A stretch of DNA of 64,000 bases from a plasmid. Position numbers and translations under genes: made by a program. Below are positions 50,375 to 63,093 of this stretch, piece by piece (position 1 is the stretch's first letter; each line of letters starts with the position of its first letter). The notes below the pieces were generated by a model. It was not told the DNA's origin, searched no databases, and saw only the letters and a program-made list of their open reading frames with translations. Where the stretch lies: sequence record NZ_CP040051.1; one strand, given 5' to 3'.

Positions 50375-51201
50375 CGGTGTTCGGCATTCTGAATCTCACC
50401 GAGGACTCCTTCTTCGATGAGAGCCGGCGGCTAGACCCCGCCGGCGCTGTCACCGCGGCGATCGAAATGCTGCGAGTCGGATCAGACGTCGTGGATGTCG
50501 GACCGCCGCCAGCCATCGGACGCGAGGCCTGTATCGCCGCCGATGAGATCAGACGTATTGCGCCGCTCTTAGACGCCCTGTCCGATCAGATGCACCGTGT
50601 TTCAATCGACAGCTTCCAACCGAAACCCAGCGCTATGCGCTCAAGCGCGGCGTGGGCTACCTGAACGATATCCAAGGATTTCCTGACCCTGCGCTCTATC
50701 CCGATATTGCTGAGGCGGACTGCAGGCTGGTGGTTATGCACTCAGCGCAGCGGGATGGCATCGCCACCCGCACCGTCACCTTCGACCCGAAGACGCGCTC
50801 GACGAGATTGTGCGGTTCTTCGAGGCGCGGGTTTCCGCCTTGCGACGGAGCGGGGTCGCTGCCGACCGCTCATCCTCGATCCGGGGATGGGATTTTTCTT
50901 GAGCCCCGCACCGGAAACATCGCTGCACGTGCTGTCGAACCTTCAAAAGCTGAAGTCGGCGTTGGGGCTTCCGCTATTGGTCTCGGTGTCGCGGAAATCC
51001 TTCTTGGGCGCCACCGTTGGCCTTCCTGTAAAGGATCTGGGTCCAGCGAGCCTTGCGGCGGAACTTCACGCGATCGGCAATGGCGCTGACTACGTCCGCA
51101 CCCACGCGCCTGGAGATCTGCGAAGCGCAATCACCTTCTCGGAAACCCTCGCGAAATTTCGCAGTCGCGACGCCAGAGACCGAGGGTTAGATCATGCCTA
51201 G
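50367..51201 (+). pseudogene. sul1: sul1 second copy carrying six 1 bp deletions (apparent frameshifts), all inside CCGG sites
   Basis: Aligned to 44417-45257. The differences are single-base losses at about 50504, 50516, 50537, 50620, 50774 and 50867, each converting CCGG to CCG or CGG. Confidence 0.75.
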
Positions 51202-51605
51202 CATTCACCTTCCGGCCGCCCGCTAAATATCTCCTTTTGGGTTGTTAATAAAACATCCAATAAGTTGACTGTGCGTGAAAAAGAAAGTTTTGTGTGATGG
51301 CGTTGAAGATCGCACCGTTAAGCTCTTATGTGGGATGGTGCAGAGCTCGACGACTACCGATAAAACGCAACCGCCGCAAACAGACAAGAAAAAGCCCCAA
51401 CTGATAACAGTTGGGGCTTCAGTATTGTGATTGGTGGAGCAATAGCACCCTGAACCAAAAACCTTCTCGCTCAACCGGTAGTGGCTGATAACAACTCGTG
51501 AGGGCTATTGCGGGTTAAGCATTTAGCGATGTCTAGGGCCAGACTGGACGTCTGAACGCAAGCCGCTGATACTGTACATAACCACAGTATCAGCGGAGGA
51601 TACCC

Positions 51606-53148
51606 ATGTCGCTGGCAAGGAACGCCACGGCGAGTCAATCGCCCACTCAAACAAACGGTTACGAACGCCACCAACCCGACCAGACGCTGCTCTACCAGCT
51701 GGTTGAGCAGCACTACCCAGCCTTCAAAGCCTCACTCGAAGCCCAAGGTCAACACCTGCCTCGCTACATCCAACAAGAATTCAACGACCTCCTCCAATGT
51801 GGCCGTCTGGAGTATGGTTTCATGCGGGTTCGCTGCGAGGATTGTCATCACGAGCGTCTGGTCGCCTTCAGCTGTAAACGACGCGGCTTTTGCCCCTAGC
51901 TGCGGTGCCCGCCGGATGGCCGAGAGTGCGGCGCTGCTGATAGACGAAGTCTTCCCCAAGGAGCCCATTCGCCAGTGGGTGCTCAGCTTTCCTTTCCAGC
52001 TACGCTTTTTGCTGGCTCGCCATCCCCAGCTGATGGGCCAGGTCTTGAGTATCGTCTATCGTACACTCTCAACTCATCTGATCAAAAAAGCCGGTTACAC
52101 CAAAGCCTCTGCACAAACTGGCTCAGTGACTCTTATCCAACGCTTTGGCTCCGCGCTAAATCTCAATGTCCACTACCACATGCTGTTTCTCGATGGTGTC
52201 TATGCCGAAGATGACTATGGCAAGCAACGCTTCCATCGTGTCAAGGCACCCACTTACGATGAGCTGAATACGCTCGCTCACACCCTCAGCCATCGCATCG
52301 CTCGCTGCATGGAAAAGCGTGGGATTTTGGAGCGTGATGCCGAGAATACGTGGTTGACACTGGAAGAGGGCGAAGACGATACGCTGACTCAATTACATGG
52401 TGCTTCGGTTACGTATCGCATTGCCGTCGGCCCCCAGCAAGGGCGCAAAGTCTTCACCCTGCAAACCTTGCCAGGGCGTGAGGATAAAGCCGACTCAAGC
52501 AGTCGAGTAGCCAACCATGCTGGTTTCTCGCTACACGCCGGTGTGATGGCCGAAGCGCATCAGCGGGATAAGCTTGAGCGCTTGTGTCGCTACATTAGTC
52601 GGCCAGCGGTTTCAGAAAAACGTCTGGCATTAACCGCCAATGGGCAGGTGCGTTACGAGCTCAAAACTCCGTACCGCAATGGCACCACCCATGTGATCTT
52701 CGAGCCGCTGGACTTCATCGCCAAACTCGCTGCGTTGGTACCTAAGCCGCGAGTCAACCTCACACGCTTCCACGGCGTCTTTGCACCGAACAGCAAACAC
52801 CGAGTTCAAGTAACACCCGCCAAGCGGGGCAAGAAGCCCGACAAATCGGAAGGTCTCGATACTAACTGGCGTGACAAGAGTCCTGCAGAGCGCCACCGCG
52901 CCATGACCTGGATGCAACGCCTCAAGCGAGTCTTCAATATTGATATTGAAGTCTGCGAACACTGCGGCGGTCACGTCAAAGTGATTGCCAGCATCGAAGA
53001 TCCGAAGGTCATTGAGCAGATTCTCAAGCATCTGAAACAGAAAACAGCCAAGGCGAATGCCGCCAAGCAGCGTGAGCTGCCACCAGAACGAGCGCCGCCA
53101 CTGACTCCCAGCCTGTTCGATCCATCACAGAGTCGTCTCTTTGACTGA
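51606..53148 (+). pseudogene. ISCR1 transposase, copy 2, with a 1 bp insertion (C4 vs C3 at 51894-51897) splitting the ORF
   Basis: Otherwise identical to 45661-47202. ORF track shows the 51606-51899 and 51703-53148 pieces. Confidence 0.7.
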
Positions 53149-53384
53149 CGACCCCAAATCCAACACTGCTCAACACTGCCAACTTTTAAACGGGGCGGTG
53201 GGGCAGTTTGTATCTCTCGAGCTATCAGGCTAGAGATTTTACCGCCAAATCGAACCTTATTAGAGCGGTTTAGGCTGGACCGGCAGTTAAAATTGGGGCT
53301 TGAGCGGTAAACGAGTGAGGGAATTTCAGGTAAGATACTTCGGATGAGGAGCAAAAAGGTGGTTTATACTTCCTATACCCCTGG

Positions 53385-54221
53385 ATGGACGAACAAGCCA
53401 TTAAGCAGTGGCATTGCCTGGTCCACCATGGCCGCCGAGGGAGAGGTTTCCACTACAGTGACACCGCCATTGAGACGGCCCTGATGCTAAAAGGCTTGTT
53501 CAAGTTGCCGCTGCGGGCGCTAGAAGGCTTCATTAACTCGTTGTTCCAACTGATGGCGGTGCCTTTGCAGTCGCCGGACTATAGCTGTATCAGCAAGCGC
53601 GCCAAGACCGTCGACATCAAGTACCGCCTCCCCAGCCAAGGCCCGGTGGCTCACTTGGTCATTGATGCCACCGGCCTCAAGGTCTATGGCGAAGGCGAAT
53701 GGAAAATTCGCAAACACGGCAAGGAGAAGCGACGAGTGTGGCGCAAGCTCCACTTGGCGGTGGATGCCACAACCCATGCGGTCATCGCTGCCGAAGTCAG
53801 CCTGGAGACGGTGGCGGATAACGAGGTGTTACCGACGTTGCTCAACCCCTTACGACGCAAGATAAAACAGGTCAGCGCCGATGGTGCGTATGACACCAAG
53901 GCCTGTCATGCGCTACTGAAGAAAAAGGGGGCGAAAGCCACCATACCGCCGAGAAAAAATGCGGCACCGTGGGAGGAAGGCCATCCCCGCAACGAGGCGG
54001 TGACGGCGCTCAAGGCCGGTGAACTGAAGCAATGGAAGAAAGACTCCGGCTATCACCAGCGCTCGATAGCCGAGACCGCCATGTACCGGTTCAAGCAACT
54101 CATCGGGCCAACGCTGAGCCTGCGGAACTACAACGCCCAGGTGGGCGAAATCCTGGCTGGCGTGAAGGTGATGAACAAGCTGATAGGGCTTGGTATGCCT
54201 GTTCGCCAGCCAGTGAATTGA
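53385..54221 (+). pseudogene. IS5-family (IS903-group) transposase lacking about 25 N-terminal aa
   Basis: HLVIDATGLKVYGEGEWKIRKHGKEKRRVWRKLHLAVDATTHAVIAAEVS...SADGAYDT...YHQRSIAETAMYRFKQL is the IS903-like DDE core. Begins abruptly at the ISCR1 end. Confidence 0.6.
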
Positions 54222-54421
54222 GTGGTATCAACGGGTTGGGGAACGGCCATCCAGCGACGGATTTGGTCAACAACGCCGATAACACCTCGAAATCGGAGTT
54301 TATATGGCTTCGTGGGGGAGTTATGTGCTGAAGAATCCCCTGATGATTTACAAATAAATCATCAAATTAGAGTGGAAGCGCATCTTGTTGCATGATCAAA
54401 TGGTTTCGCTAAAAACTACAC

Positions 54422-55642
54422 TTGGACAACAAGATGCGCGAAGCCAATATCCTACAACATTCTTTACACCAATACTGCCCAGAACTTCACCTAAAACGAT
54501 TAAACAGCTTGATGCTGGCCTCTAAGGCACTGATTGAATGTAAGACACTGACCTTGACTGAGTTAGGTCGAAATTTACCAACCACGGCCCGAACCAAGCA
54601 CAACATCAAGCGCATTGATCGTTTGCTCGGCAACACGCATCTGCATCAAGAACGGTTAGCTGTCTACCAATGGCATGCCAGCCTCATCTGTTCTGGTAAC
54701 CCTATGCCGATTGTGCTCGTCGATTGGTCAGACATCCGAGAGCATAAACGCATCATGGCTCTGCGCGCCTCAATAGCCTTCAATGGCCGCTCTATTACCC
54801 TGTATGAGAAGTCCTATCCCCTATCAGAACAATGCTCTAAGGCCTCCCACAACGGTTTTTTAGCGGACTTAGCCAAGATTTTACCTTTGCATGTTACCCC
54901 TCTCATCGTGACTGACGCGGGGTTCAAAGTGCCTTGGTACAAAGAGGTTGAGGCGCATGGTTGGTTTTGGCTAAGCCGTATTCGCGGTACAGTTCAATTT
55001 GCAGATATTGGCGCTGAAAATTGGCGTGCAGTTCGCAGTACACATGACTTGGCCAACGGTCAAGCGAAGAGCCTGGGTTGTAAGACCTTGACCAAAACTA
55101 ACCCTATCAATTGCCATCTCACGCTTTATCGTAGCAAACCTAAGGGGCGTACAAATCAGCGTTCAACGAGGACTAATTGCCACCATCCATCGGCAAAAAC
55201 GTACTCAACATCGGCGAAAGAGCCTTGGGTGTTAGCCAGCAATTTACCACCAGAATCTCGGAGCCCAAAGCAGCTGGTAAACCTGTACGCCAAACGTATG
55301 CAAATAGAGGAAACCTTTCGTGACCTCAAAAGCCCGGCATACGGCTTTGGCTTACGCCAAAGTCGTACCAACAGTCCAGAGCGATTCGACATCATCCTAC
55401 TGATAGCGTTGATGGTTCAATGCCTGTTGTGGCTAGTTGGTTTACACGCACAGCAACAGGGCTGGGATAAGCATTTTCAGGCCAATACCATTGGGCATCG
55501 AACGGTACTCTCAACGATTCGCTTGGGATTGGAGGTACTCAGGCGGCCTGATTATCAAATCACGGAGAAAGAATTGCTGGCGGCCTGGGTATTATTCGCC
55601 AATCAGTTGCTCAAATATGGCTATGCTATGGCTGATTTATGA
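54422..55642 (+). CDS. IS4-family transposase (ISEc28-like, the tnpU position of Tn1548)
   Basis: 406 aa DDE transposase with an IS4-type motif (...IEETFRDLK...). Immediately upstream of armA, as in Tn1548-like contexts. Confidence 0.6.
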   Translation: MDNKMREANILQHSLHQYCPELHLKRLNSLMLASKALIECKTLTLTELGRNLPTTARTKHNIKRIDRLLGNTHLHQERLAVYQWHASLICSGNPMPIVLVDWSDIREHKRIMALRASIAFNGRSITLYEKSYPLSEQCSKASHNGFLADLAKILPLHVTPLIVTDAGFKVPWYKEVEAHGWFWLSRIRGTVQFADIGAENWRAVRSTHDLANGQAKSLGCKTLTKTNPINCHLTLYRSKPKGRTNQRSTRTNCHHPSAKTYSTSAKEPWVLASNLPPESRSPKQLVNLYAKRMQIEETFRDLKSPAYGFGLRQSRTNSPERFDIILLIALMVQCLLWLVGLHAQQQGWDKHFQANTIGHRTVLSTIRLGLEVLRRPDYQITEKELLAAWVLFANQLLKYGYAMADL

Positions 55643-55883
55643 GGGGATCCTTCAGAGTTATGTGTTTGAGCTTTGTCGCATTAACGCGAATCAGGGGTTG
55701 ACGGCAGAAATGGACTGGAATTACACTTCTTAGAGTCGGCGTTGCCGGAAAATTCTGATTGGATTAGTTGTTCGGGGTGCGAAAACAGTCGTAGTTCGGG
55801 GGAAAAACCGAATTTTGACCCGAAACCGCAAAAAACCCGAAATGACAGTTCCTATCAAATACTTAACTTGTAGGTTCTTTCAA

Positions 55884-56657
55884 ATGGATAAGAATGATGT
55901 TGTTAAGAAGATACTTGAATCAAAAAAGTACGAAAACCTTGATTCAGATATTGTTGAAAAGGTTGTTTCCATTTCTGAGAAGAAATATAAATTAAAGGAA
56001 GTTGAGAATTATTCTAAAAAGAAATTGCATCAAATATGGGGGTCTTACTATTCTGCCTATCCTAATTGGGATAAATTATTAAAAAAGTACAATCAGGGGC
56101 AGTTATCAATAGAAGATTTACTAAAGATTCATTCTTCGACGAATGAAAGAGTCGCAACATTAAATGACTTTTACACTTATGTATTTGGAAATATCAAACA
56201 TGTCTCATCTATTTTAGATTTTGGTTGTGGCTTCAATCCATTAGCTTTATACCAATGGAATGAAAATGAAAAAATAATATATCATGCATACGATATTGAT
56301 AGAGCTGAGATAGCTTTTTTGAGTAGCATTATTGGGAAGTTAAAGACGACGATAAAGTATAGGTTTTTGAATAAAGAGAGTGATGTCTACAAAGGTACTT
56401 ATGATGTAGTATTCCTTTTAAAGATGCTTCCTGTGCTAAAACAGCAAGATGTAAATATCTTGGATTTCCTACAGCTTTTTCATACTCAAAACTTTGTAAT
56501 ATCTTTTCCAATAAAGTCTTTATCTGGAAAGGAGAAGGGAATGGAAGAGAATTACCAGCTATGGTTTGAATCTTTTACAAAAGGTTGGATAAAAATCCTT
56601 GATTCGAAGGTTATAGGGAATGAGTTAGTATATATTACTAGTGGATTTCAGAAATAA
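55884..56657 (+). CDS. armA: 16S rRNA (guanine1405-N7)-methyltransferase ArmA (pan-aminoglycoside resistance)
   Basis: MDKNDVVKKILESKKYENLDSDIVEKVVSISEKKYKLKEVENYSKKKLHQIWGSYYSAYPNWDKLLKKYNQGQLSIEDLLKIHSSTNERVATLNDFY... 257 aa. Confidence 0.95.
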   Translation: MDKNDVVKKILESKKYENLDSDIVEKVVSISEKKYKLKEVENYSKKKLHQIWGSYYSAYPNWDKLLKKYNQGQLSIEDLLKIHSSTNERVATLNDFYTYVFGNIKHVSSILDFGCGFNPLALYQWNENEKIIYHAYDIDRAEIAFLSSIIGKLKTTIKYRFLNKESDVYKGTYDVVFLLKMLPVLKQQDVNILDFLQLFHTQNFVISFPIKSLSGKEKGMEENYQLWFESFTKGWIKILDSKVIGNELVYITSGFQK

Positions 56658-57372
56658 CTCCGCCTCCAAGGCACTCATTTTCTTGGAAAAGTACTAAACT
56701 CTGTCCAACGGCTGGAGCCCATTGTGGTGCAGAAAATTCAAATATATATCCATTTTCATTCTGGGTTACTTTTACTGGTGTATCCTGACTTCTATAACGG
56801 ATAGATGCTGTATAGTTATTATTAAGTAATGAAGTTTCGTTTATCAAGTGCAATTCTGAAACACTTACTATGTTTTTCCAAAGTTTTGGATTATCTTTTC
56901 CTTGGACAACATAGAGGATATTTTGAGGAAAAGATAGGTTTCAACTACAGTTTAGAAGGTTAAAAACAAATGCATGCATGGCTCAAAAGCAATCTAGGGA
57001 AGGTGCGAATAAGCGGGGAAATTCTTCTCGGCTGACTCAGTCATTTCATTTTTTCCTGTTTGAGCCGTTTTTTCTCCCGTAAATGCACTGTATACCGATA
57101 TGGGCAGGGCGAAGCGCTAAAGTACAACAATCTTATTGTTAGCTATTGTCTTGGCGTTCCAGAAAATCTTTAAACTCAATAGTATAAAGCCGTAACAGCA
57201 CCATGGTTAACGCAAAAATAATTGGCCCATAAATCAAACCAATTAAACCAAAGAGTTGCAAACCACCTGAGGTATCCCCAGAAATTCTGTAGTTAAAATA
57301 AAATGTTAGTTGATTGGGGAACATTCATGGCGGTTCCTGATCTGATCATTCGCCAAAACTCCCACACCGCGG

Positions 57373-58557
57373 ATGCTCACCATGAATGTAAAAGCTATGC
57401 TCGCTGATTTCCTCACCTTTGTCACGCCAAAATCAATGCATAAAGCCCGATTTTCGGTTTTGCTAGATGCGGTAACCGCCCTGGCAAAGGATGCGTGTTG
57501 CACCGTTACTGCGATTGGCCGGGCGATGCCTGGCTCTTCAGATAAGGTCAGTATCAAACGGGCAGATCGTCTACTCAATAATCCTAACCTGCAACGAGAG
57601 CTGCCATTGATTTATGCTGCGCTGACGGCTTCTATTGTTGGCCATAAAACTAAGCCGATGATTTTGGTTGACTGGAGCAATGCCGATACTGCCAAGCGAC
57701 ACTTTATCCTGCGTGCCAGCATTGCCGCTGACGGTAGAGCGTTGACTCTGCTACAGAAGATTGCCGCCGCAGAAGATTATACCTGCCCACACCTACACGG
57801 GGCGTTTTTAAAGCAGCTTAAAGCCATGCTACCCAAGGACTGTAAGCCCGTAATTGTCACTGACGCGGGGTTTAAAGTTCCATGGCTGAAACAAGTGCGT
57901 AAGCTGGGATGGCATTATGTAGCTAGAGTTCGAGGCAATGTGAAGCTTAAATTGGCAGAGCAGGACAAGTTTATCAGTGTTAATCAGCTTTATCGGCAAG
58001 CGAAGAAGGATCCAAAAAGTGTAGGAAAAATCATGCTTGCCCAAACACAACACTATGAAACGCAGGCCGTCCTGGTTGGCAAAGGTTATAAGCTATTGAA
58101 ACGCGATAAAAATAAGACGTATAAGGAACCATGGTTGTTGGTGTCATCCTTAGCTGACTGCCATGGGTATGCGGATAAAATTGCTAAGTGCTACAGTAGC
58201 CGAATGCAAATTGAAGAAAGCTTCCGTGATCAGAAAAGTCACCGCTATGGCCTGGGTAGCGATTTGCATGGTACCAAGAAGAAATCTCGCTTAGAGATAC
58301 TGCTACTACTGGCCGCATTGGTTAATTGGTTTCATTACCTGCTAGGTAGCGCAGCGGAGAAAGCGGGTTTGCACCTGCGTTATCAAGCTAACACCGTTAA
58401 AAATAGGCGGGTATTGGCCCTGAATTTCCTTGGGATATTACTTTGCAAAGAACCCAAACAGCGAATACGCAGGCAATATTATCAGCAGGGACTTAAACAA
58501 ATACTACAGTGGGTGGTTCAGTGGGACTGGGCAGTAATCAAACAGGCTGATAGCTGA
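57373..58557 (+). CDS. IS4-family transposase (ISEc29-like, the tnpD position of Tn1548)
   Basis: 394 aa; paralogous to 54422-55642 (shared ...ILRASIA..DGR.LTL..K.....VIVTDAGFKVPW... and IEESFRDQK). Confidence 0.6.
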   Translation: MLTMNVKAMLADFLTFVTPKSMHKARFSVLLDAVTALAKDACCTVTAIGRAMPGSSDKVSIKRADRLLNNPNLQRELPLIYAALTASIVGHKTKPMILVDWSNADTAKRHFILRASIAADGRALTLLQKIAAAEDYTCPHLHGAFLKQLKAMLPKDCKPVIVTDAGFKVPWLKQVRKLGWHYVARVRGNVKLKLAEQDKFISVNQLYRQAKKDPKSVGKIMLAQTQHYETQAVLVGKGYKLLKRDKNKTYKEPWLLVSSLADCHGYADKIAKCYSSRMQIEESFRDQKSHRYGLGSDLHGTKKKSRLEILLLLAALVNWFHYLLGSAAEKAGLHLRYQANTVKNRRVLALNFLGILLCKEPKQRIRRQYYQQGLKQILQWVVQWDWAVIKQADS

Positions 58558-58955
58558 TTGTATGAATGGAAATTTTGTGGGGATCCCTCAGGTTGTCTAG
58601 ACTTCTTTTAACAGTAAAGTTATCATAAAACTGAATTTTATTTTTTAGGTAAGTTTATGCATTCTATCCGCATTCGTTAAGACACAACTATTTGCATAGT
58701 GACACTATTTTATAATGGTGGGCTTTTGTTGTGTCTTTAAGAATATATGCGGATATATAAAGTAAAAGTATGCTTAATTTATAAGTATGCTTTTAGTGCA
58801 TAGTTTCCAGTTATAACTTAATTGACTAGCTATTTGTCCACCCTGTGGATGAATAGCTTTTTTTTTGGGAGGACACTGTGATGCTAGCTTTTGTTTTCAC
58901 CTAAATCCTGTTTGCTGCATAAAAAATTTCAAGAGCTAAACAGGAGTAAATAAAA

Positions 58956-60431
58956 ATGAGTTTAATTATTAAAGCGAGAAACATACGCTTGGATTATGCT
59001 GGGCGTGATGTTTTGGATATTGATGAATTGGAAATTCACTCTTATGACCGTATTGGTCTTGTGGGTGATAACGGAGCAGGAAAGAGTAGTTTACTCAAAG
59101 TACTTAATGGCGAAATTGTTTTAGCCGAAGCGACATTACAGCGTTTTGGTGATTTTGCACATATCAGCCAACTGGGCGGAATCGAAATAGAAACGGTCGA
59201 AGACCGGGCAATGTTATCTCGCCTTGGTGTTTCCAATGTACAAAACGACACAATGAGTGGCGGAGAGGAAACTCGTGCAAAAATTGCTGCCGCATTTTCC
59301 CAACAAGTACATGGCATTCTAGCGGATGAACCAACCAGCCACCTTGATCTCAATGGAATAGATCTACTTATTGGTCAACTTAAAGCATTTGATGGAGCAT
59401 TACTTGTTATCAGTCATGACCGATATTTTCTTGATATGGTTGTAGACAAGATATGGGAGTTAAAAGACGGTAAAATTACGGAATATTGGGGTGGTTACTC
59501 GGATTACTTGCGTCAAAAAGAAGAAGAGCGACAACACCAAGCCGTAGAATATGAGCTGATGATGAAGGAACGGGAGCGATTAGAATCTGCTGTGCAAGAA
59601 AAACGCCAGCAAGCTAATCGATTAGACAATAAGAAAAAAGGAGAAAAATCCAAAAACTCTACCGAAAGTGCTGGACGACTTGGGCATGCAAAAATGACTG
59701 GCACCAAGCAAAGAAAACTGTATCAGGCAGCTAAGAGTATGGAAAAGCGTTTGGCTGCATTAGAAGATATTCAAGCACCAGAGCATTTGCGTTCTATTCG
59801 TTTTCGTCAAAGTTCAGCCCTAGAACTGCACAATAAGTTCCCGATTACGGCAGATGGTCTGAGCTTAAAATTTGGTAGCCGTACTATCTTTGATGACGCT
59901 AACTTTATAATACCGCTTGGCGCTAAAGTCGCTATAACTGGATCGAATGGAACAGGGAAAACGTCCTTGTTAAAAATGATATCAGAACGTGCTGATGGAT
60001 TAACCATATCTCCAAAAGCTGAAATTGGCTACTTTACACAAACAGGATATAAATTTAACACGCATAAATCTGTGCTCTCCTTTATGCAGGAAGAGTGCGA
60101 GTACACAGTTGCGGAAATTCGTGCAGTATTGGCTTCAATGGGGATCGGAGCGAATGATATTCAAAAAAACTTATCCGACTTATCGGGAGGTGAAATCATC
60201 AAACTGCTTTTATCCAAAATGCTTTTAGGAAAATATAATATTTTGCTTATGGATGAACCAGGAAACTATCTTGACCTAAAAAGTATTGCCGCATTAGAAA
60301 CAATGATGAAGTCCTATGCAGGAACTATTATCTTCGTATCTCATGACAAGCAATTGGTCGATAATATTGCTGACATTATCTACGAGATCAAAGACCACAA
60401 AATCATCAAGACTTTTGAGAGAGATTGTTAA
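58956..60431 (+). CDS. msr(E): ABC-F ribosomal protection protein Msr(E) (macrolide resistance)
   Basis: 491 aa with two ABC domains (GDNGAGKSS; LSGGE) and an inter-domain linker. N-terminus [54 protein letters not shown]... Confidence 0.95.
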   Translation: MSLIIKARNIRLDYAGRDVLDIDELEIHSYDRIGLVGDNGAGKSSLLKVLNGEIVLAEATLQRFGDFAHISQLGGIEIETVEDRAMLSRLGVSNVQNDTMSGGEETRAKIAAAFSQQVHGILADEPTSHLDLNGIDLLIGQLKAFDGALLVISHDRYFLDMVVDKIWELKDGKITEYWGGYSDYLRQKEEERQHQAVEYELMMKERERLESAVQEKRQQANRLDNKKKGEKSKNSTESAGRLGHAKMTGTKQRKLYQAAKSMEKRLAALEDIQAPEHLRSIRFRQSSALELHNKFPITADGLSLKFGSRTIFDDANFIIPLGAKVAITGSNGTGKTSLLKMISERADGLTISPKAEIGYFTQTGYKFNTHKSVLSFMQEECEYTVAEIRAVLASMGIGANDIQKNLSDLSGGEIIKLLLSKMLLGKYNILLMDEPGNYLDLKSIAALETMMKSYAGTIIFVSHDKQLVDNIADIIYEIKDHKIIKTFERDC

Positions 60432-60486
60432 TGATAGCCAATCTAATCCGAACATTAATTATTGAACTCTTTAAAGGAAATTAAAA

Positions 60487-61371
60487 ATGACAATTCAAGA
60501 TATTCAATCACTTGCTGAAGCACACGGCTTGTTGCTTACGGACAAAATGAATTTCAATGAAATGGGCATTGATTTTAAGGTCGTTTTTGCTCTTGATACA
60601 AAGGGGCAACAATGGTTGCTGCGTATTCCTCGTCGTGATGGCATGAGGGAACAAATCAAGAAAGAAAAACGCATTTTAGAATTGGTAAAAAAACATCTTT
60701 CTGTAGAGGTTCCTGATTGGAGAATTTCATCTACAGAATTAGTGGCTTATCCCATACTTAAAGATAATCCTGTTTTAAATTTGGATGCTGAAACCTATGA
60801 AATAATTTGGAATATGGACAAAGATAGCCCGAAATACATAACATCTTTGGCAAAAACCTTATTTGAAATCCATAGTATTCCTGAAAAAGAAGTTCGGGAA
60901 AATGATTTGAAAATTATGAAACCTTCAGATTTAAGACCTGAAATAGCAAACAATTTGCAGTTAGTAAAATCTGAAATTGGTATAAGTGAGCAATTGGAAA
61001 CCCGCTACAGAAAATGGTTGGATAATGATGTTCTATGGGCAGATTTCACCCAATTTATACATGGCGATTTATATGCTGGGCATGTACTAGCTTCAAAGGA
61101 TGGAGCTGTTTCAGGCGTTATTGATTGGTCAACAGCCCATATAGATGACCCAGCGATTGATTTTGCTGGGCATGTAACTTTGTTTGGAGAAGAAAGCCTC
61201 AAAACTCTAATCATCGAGTATGAAAAACTAGGGGGTAAAGTTTGGAATAAACTATATGAACAGACTTTAGAAAGAGCAGCGGCCTCTCCTTTGATGTATG
61301 GTTTATTTGCCTTAGAAACTCAAAATGAAAGCCTTATCGTTGGAGCAAAAGCTCAGTTGGGAGTTATATAA
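60487..61371 (+). CDS. mph(E): macrolide 2'-phosphotransferase Mph(E)
   Basis: 294 aa, MTIQDIQSLAEAHGLLLTDKMNFNEMGIDFKVVFALDTKGQQWLLRIPRRDGMREQIKKEKRILELVKKHL... APH-fold HGD motif (FIHGDLYAGHVL). Confidence 0.95.
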   Translation: MTIQDIQSLAEAHGLLLTDKMNFNEMGIDFKVVFALDTKGQQWLLRIPRRDGMREQIKKEKRILELVKKHLSVEVPDWRISSTELVAYPILKDNPVLNLDAETYEIIWNMDKDSPKYITSLAKTLFEIHSIPEKEVRENDLKIMKPSDLRPEIANNLQLVKSEIGISEQLETRYRKWLDNDVLWADFTQFIHGDLYAGHVLASKDGAVSGVIDWSTAHIDDPAIDFAGHVTLFGEESLKTLIIEYEKLGGKVWNKLYEQTLERAAASPLMYGLFALETQNESLIVGAKAQLGVI

Positions 61372-61729
61372 TTTAAAAATATGATTGCTGAGAACTGCCT
61401 TGTTTTGAAACTTGGTTGGCTTTAATTAGTTTTTAGTATTCTTTATAGAAAATGCCTCGATCAAGGGGCATTTCTAACAATCATTTAACATAAAATTTCT
61501 TATACGAAATGCTTGATATTTCTCTTTAAATATCATTATATTAACGTAAGCCGTTCTGGAGTATAGGGCACCAGAACGGCTTTTTATTGATTATTCATGT
61601 TCCACGATCACTAATTGAGCGATGTTCCACGGTTTTATTCAGTTTTAATAAACATCATCCGGTTTTTTGAGGAGTCATTATTTCAAGTGCTTGCACTGAA
61701 ATTGGCTCTTCAAAAAACTGGAGTCTTGG

Positions 61730-62272
61730 CTAACCATATGGAAGGAAAAAGCGGCTTAGGAAGCCTCTCTTCTTCTGTTCTGGTTCAACATGCTCCGGGA
61801 TAGGAATACGCTTATTGTCTTGCTGAGGAGTAGTCAATTCGTCATAGTTCGTTGCTAGTTCCGACCGAGGATCCGTTGCTATATCCTGTTTAAAGCTCTG
61901 ATCGGTAAAGGTAGTCATATTGGCTTTTGGTGCTTCTAGTAAGCGCTGCATAGCTTCAATCTGTTCTTGATAAAACGATTCACGTTCTAAAGATTGATTT
62001 TCTCTCTGTATTGCCTGATTTAATTGTTTTTCCAGTATGTCAACTTGACGTTTTAGTAAGTCAACTTCTGTCAAGTTTTGACTGTTAATTGATTGACTTT
62101 GATTGACTGTATCCTCTTTTTTTTGTGGTTCCCCAAAAACTCTTAGGGCCTCTGAAAAGTCAATTAATCCATCAGATCCTTTAGATAAATTTCCTTTGTT
62201 TATATGTGCATATATGGCTTGTCTTGAATATCCATAAAGCTTAGCTAACTCTGAAACTGACAGTTTTTTCAT
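61730..62272 (-). CDS. HTH DNA-binding protein (180 aa) associated with the Rep_3 replicon
   Basis: N-terminal MKKLSVSELAKLYGYSRQAIYAHINKGNL HTH, then a coiled coil. Located between mph(E) and repAciN, as in AbGRI3-type islands. Confidence 0.45.
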   Translation of the reverse strand: MKKLSVSELAKLYGYSRQAIYAHINKGNLSKGSDGLIDFSEALRVFGEPQKKEDTVNQSQSINSQNLTEVDLLKRQVDILEKQLNQAIQRENQSLERESFYQEQIEAMQRLLEAPKANMTTFTDQSFKQDIATDPRSELATNYDELTTPQQDNKRIPIPEHVEPEQKKRGFLSRFFLPYG

Positions 62273-62338
62273 TATGTAAACCAGTTTTCAACTTGTGTTA
62301 ATACCTGACTGTTAACTTAACAATTTCAATTAACAATG

Positions 62339-63093
62339 TCATTGAAATCCTAATTTTCTGAGTAAAGGAAGTAATTCCTTAAATTTCTCTGCATCTTGCA
62401 GCATGGCAGCTATACGTACAGCAAACTGCTGATAGCTTTCTGTGCCTTGTGAATATTTACTCATCTCAGGAAGCTCTGAGAGCTTGTTGGCGAATAGATG
62501 GCGTTGTTTATCTGTTATTTTTGAAAAGAGGTCTAATGTATTCGGATCTCTTTTAGATTCGACTGAATGCGTGGCTGATTTTTTCTGTTTAAAGCTAAAT
62601 GAAAAACCAGTAATAGATCTACCTGTTTTATGCTGTTCAACTTTGACAATAATATCGGTATGTTCATTTACTTGTTTTAATGCAATGTCTAAAACATATT
62701 TTTTAAAATCATACATTCGTTTGTATTCAGTCTCGAGTACACCTATTTTTTGTCTAAAATCATACATAGTTATGAGAGGCGTTTTTCCAGTACTACGCCA
62801 TGCAATCAATATTTCATATAAACGAACAGCATAAGCACTTGTTAAATTACTTATTTGTTGTATTTCATACTTTGTAAATTGTTCTTCTAACCTAGTAATT
62901 AAAGGCACAATAGCAGGGGCAAAAATAAGTCTAACGACAGCTTCATTATCAATATAAGCCACCTCGCTCACCCATCTTGATTTGTGATTAATAGTGTTAC
63001 CTTTTTCACTAAGACTCTGATAACTGAATTGTCTTGCAAACAAGTCATCGCAAGCATCTTTTAACGCCTGATAAGCCGTATTTCGATGTACAC
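62339..63093 (-). pseudogene. repAciN: Rep_3-family plasmid replication initiator (repAciN-like), 5'-truncated by IS26
   Basis: Rep_3-like body. The first 20 codons of the track ORF ([20 protein letters not shown]) derive from the IS26 end; the identical read-through is seen at 39953-40135. Confidence 0.6.

Noticed and set aside
50281-51201. Treating the second sul1, the second ISCR1 and the second IS26 transposase as genuine decayed pseudogenes
   Set aside because: All disrupting changes are 1 bp indels confined to CCGG (plus one C-homopolymer). That pattern fits systematic sequencing or polishing error better than independent mutation, so I call them probable artefacts, not biology.
56638-57324. 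Two short minus-strand ORFs (56638-56853, 57139-57324) between armA and the ISEc29-like transposase
   Set aside because: They look like C-terminal remnants of genes truncated during assembly of the armA module (the second is a fragment of a membrane permease). No start context or length supports intact genes.
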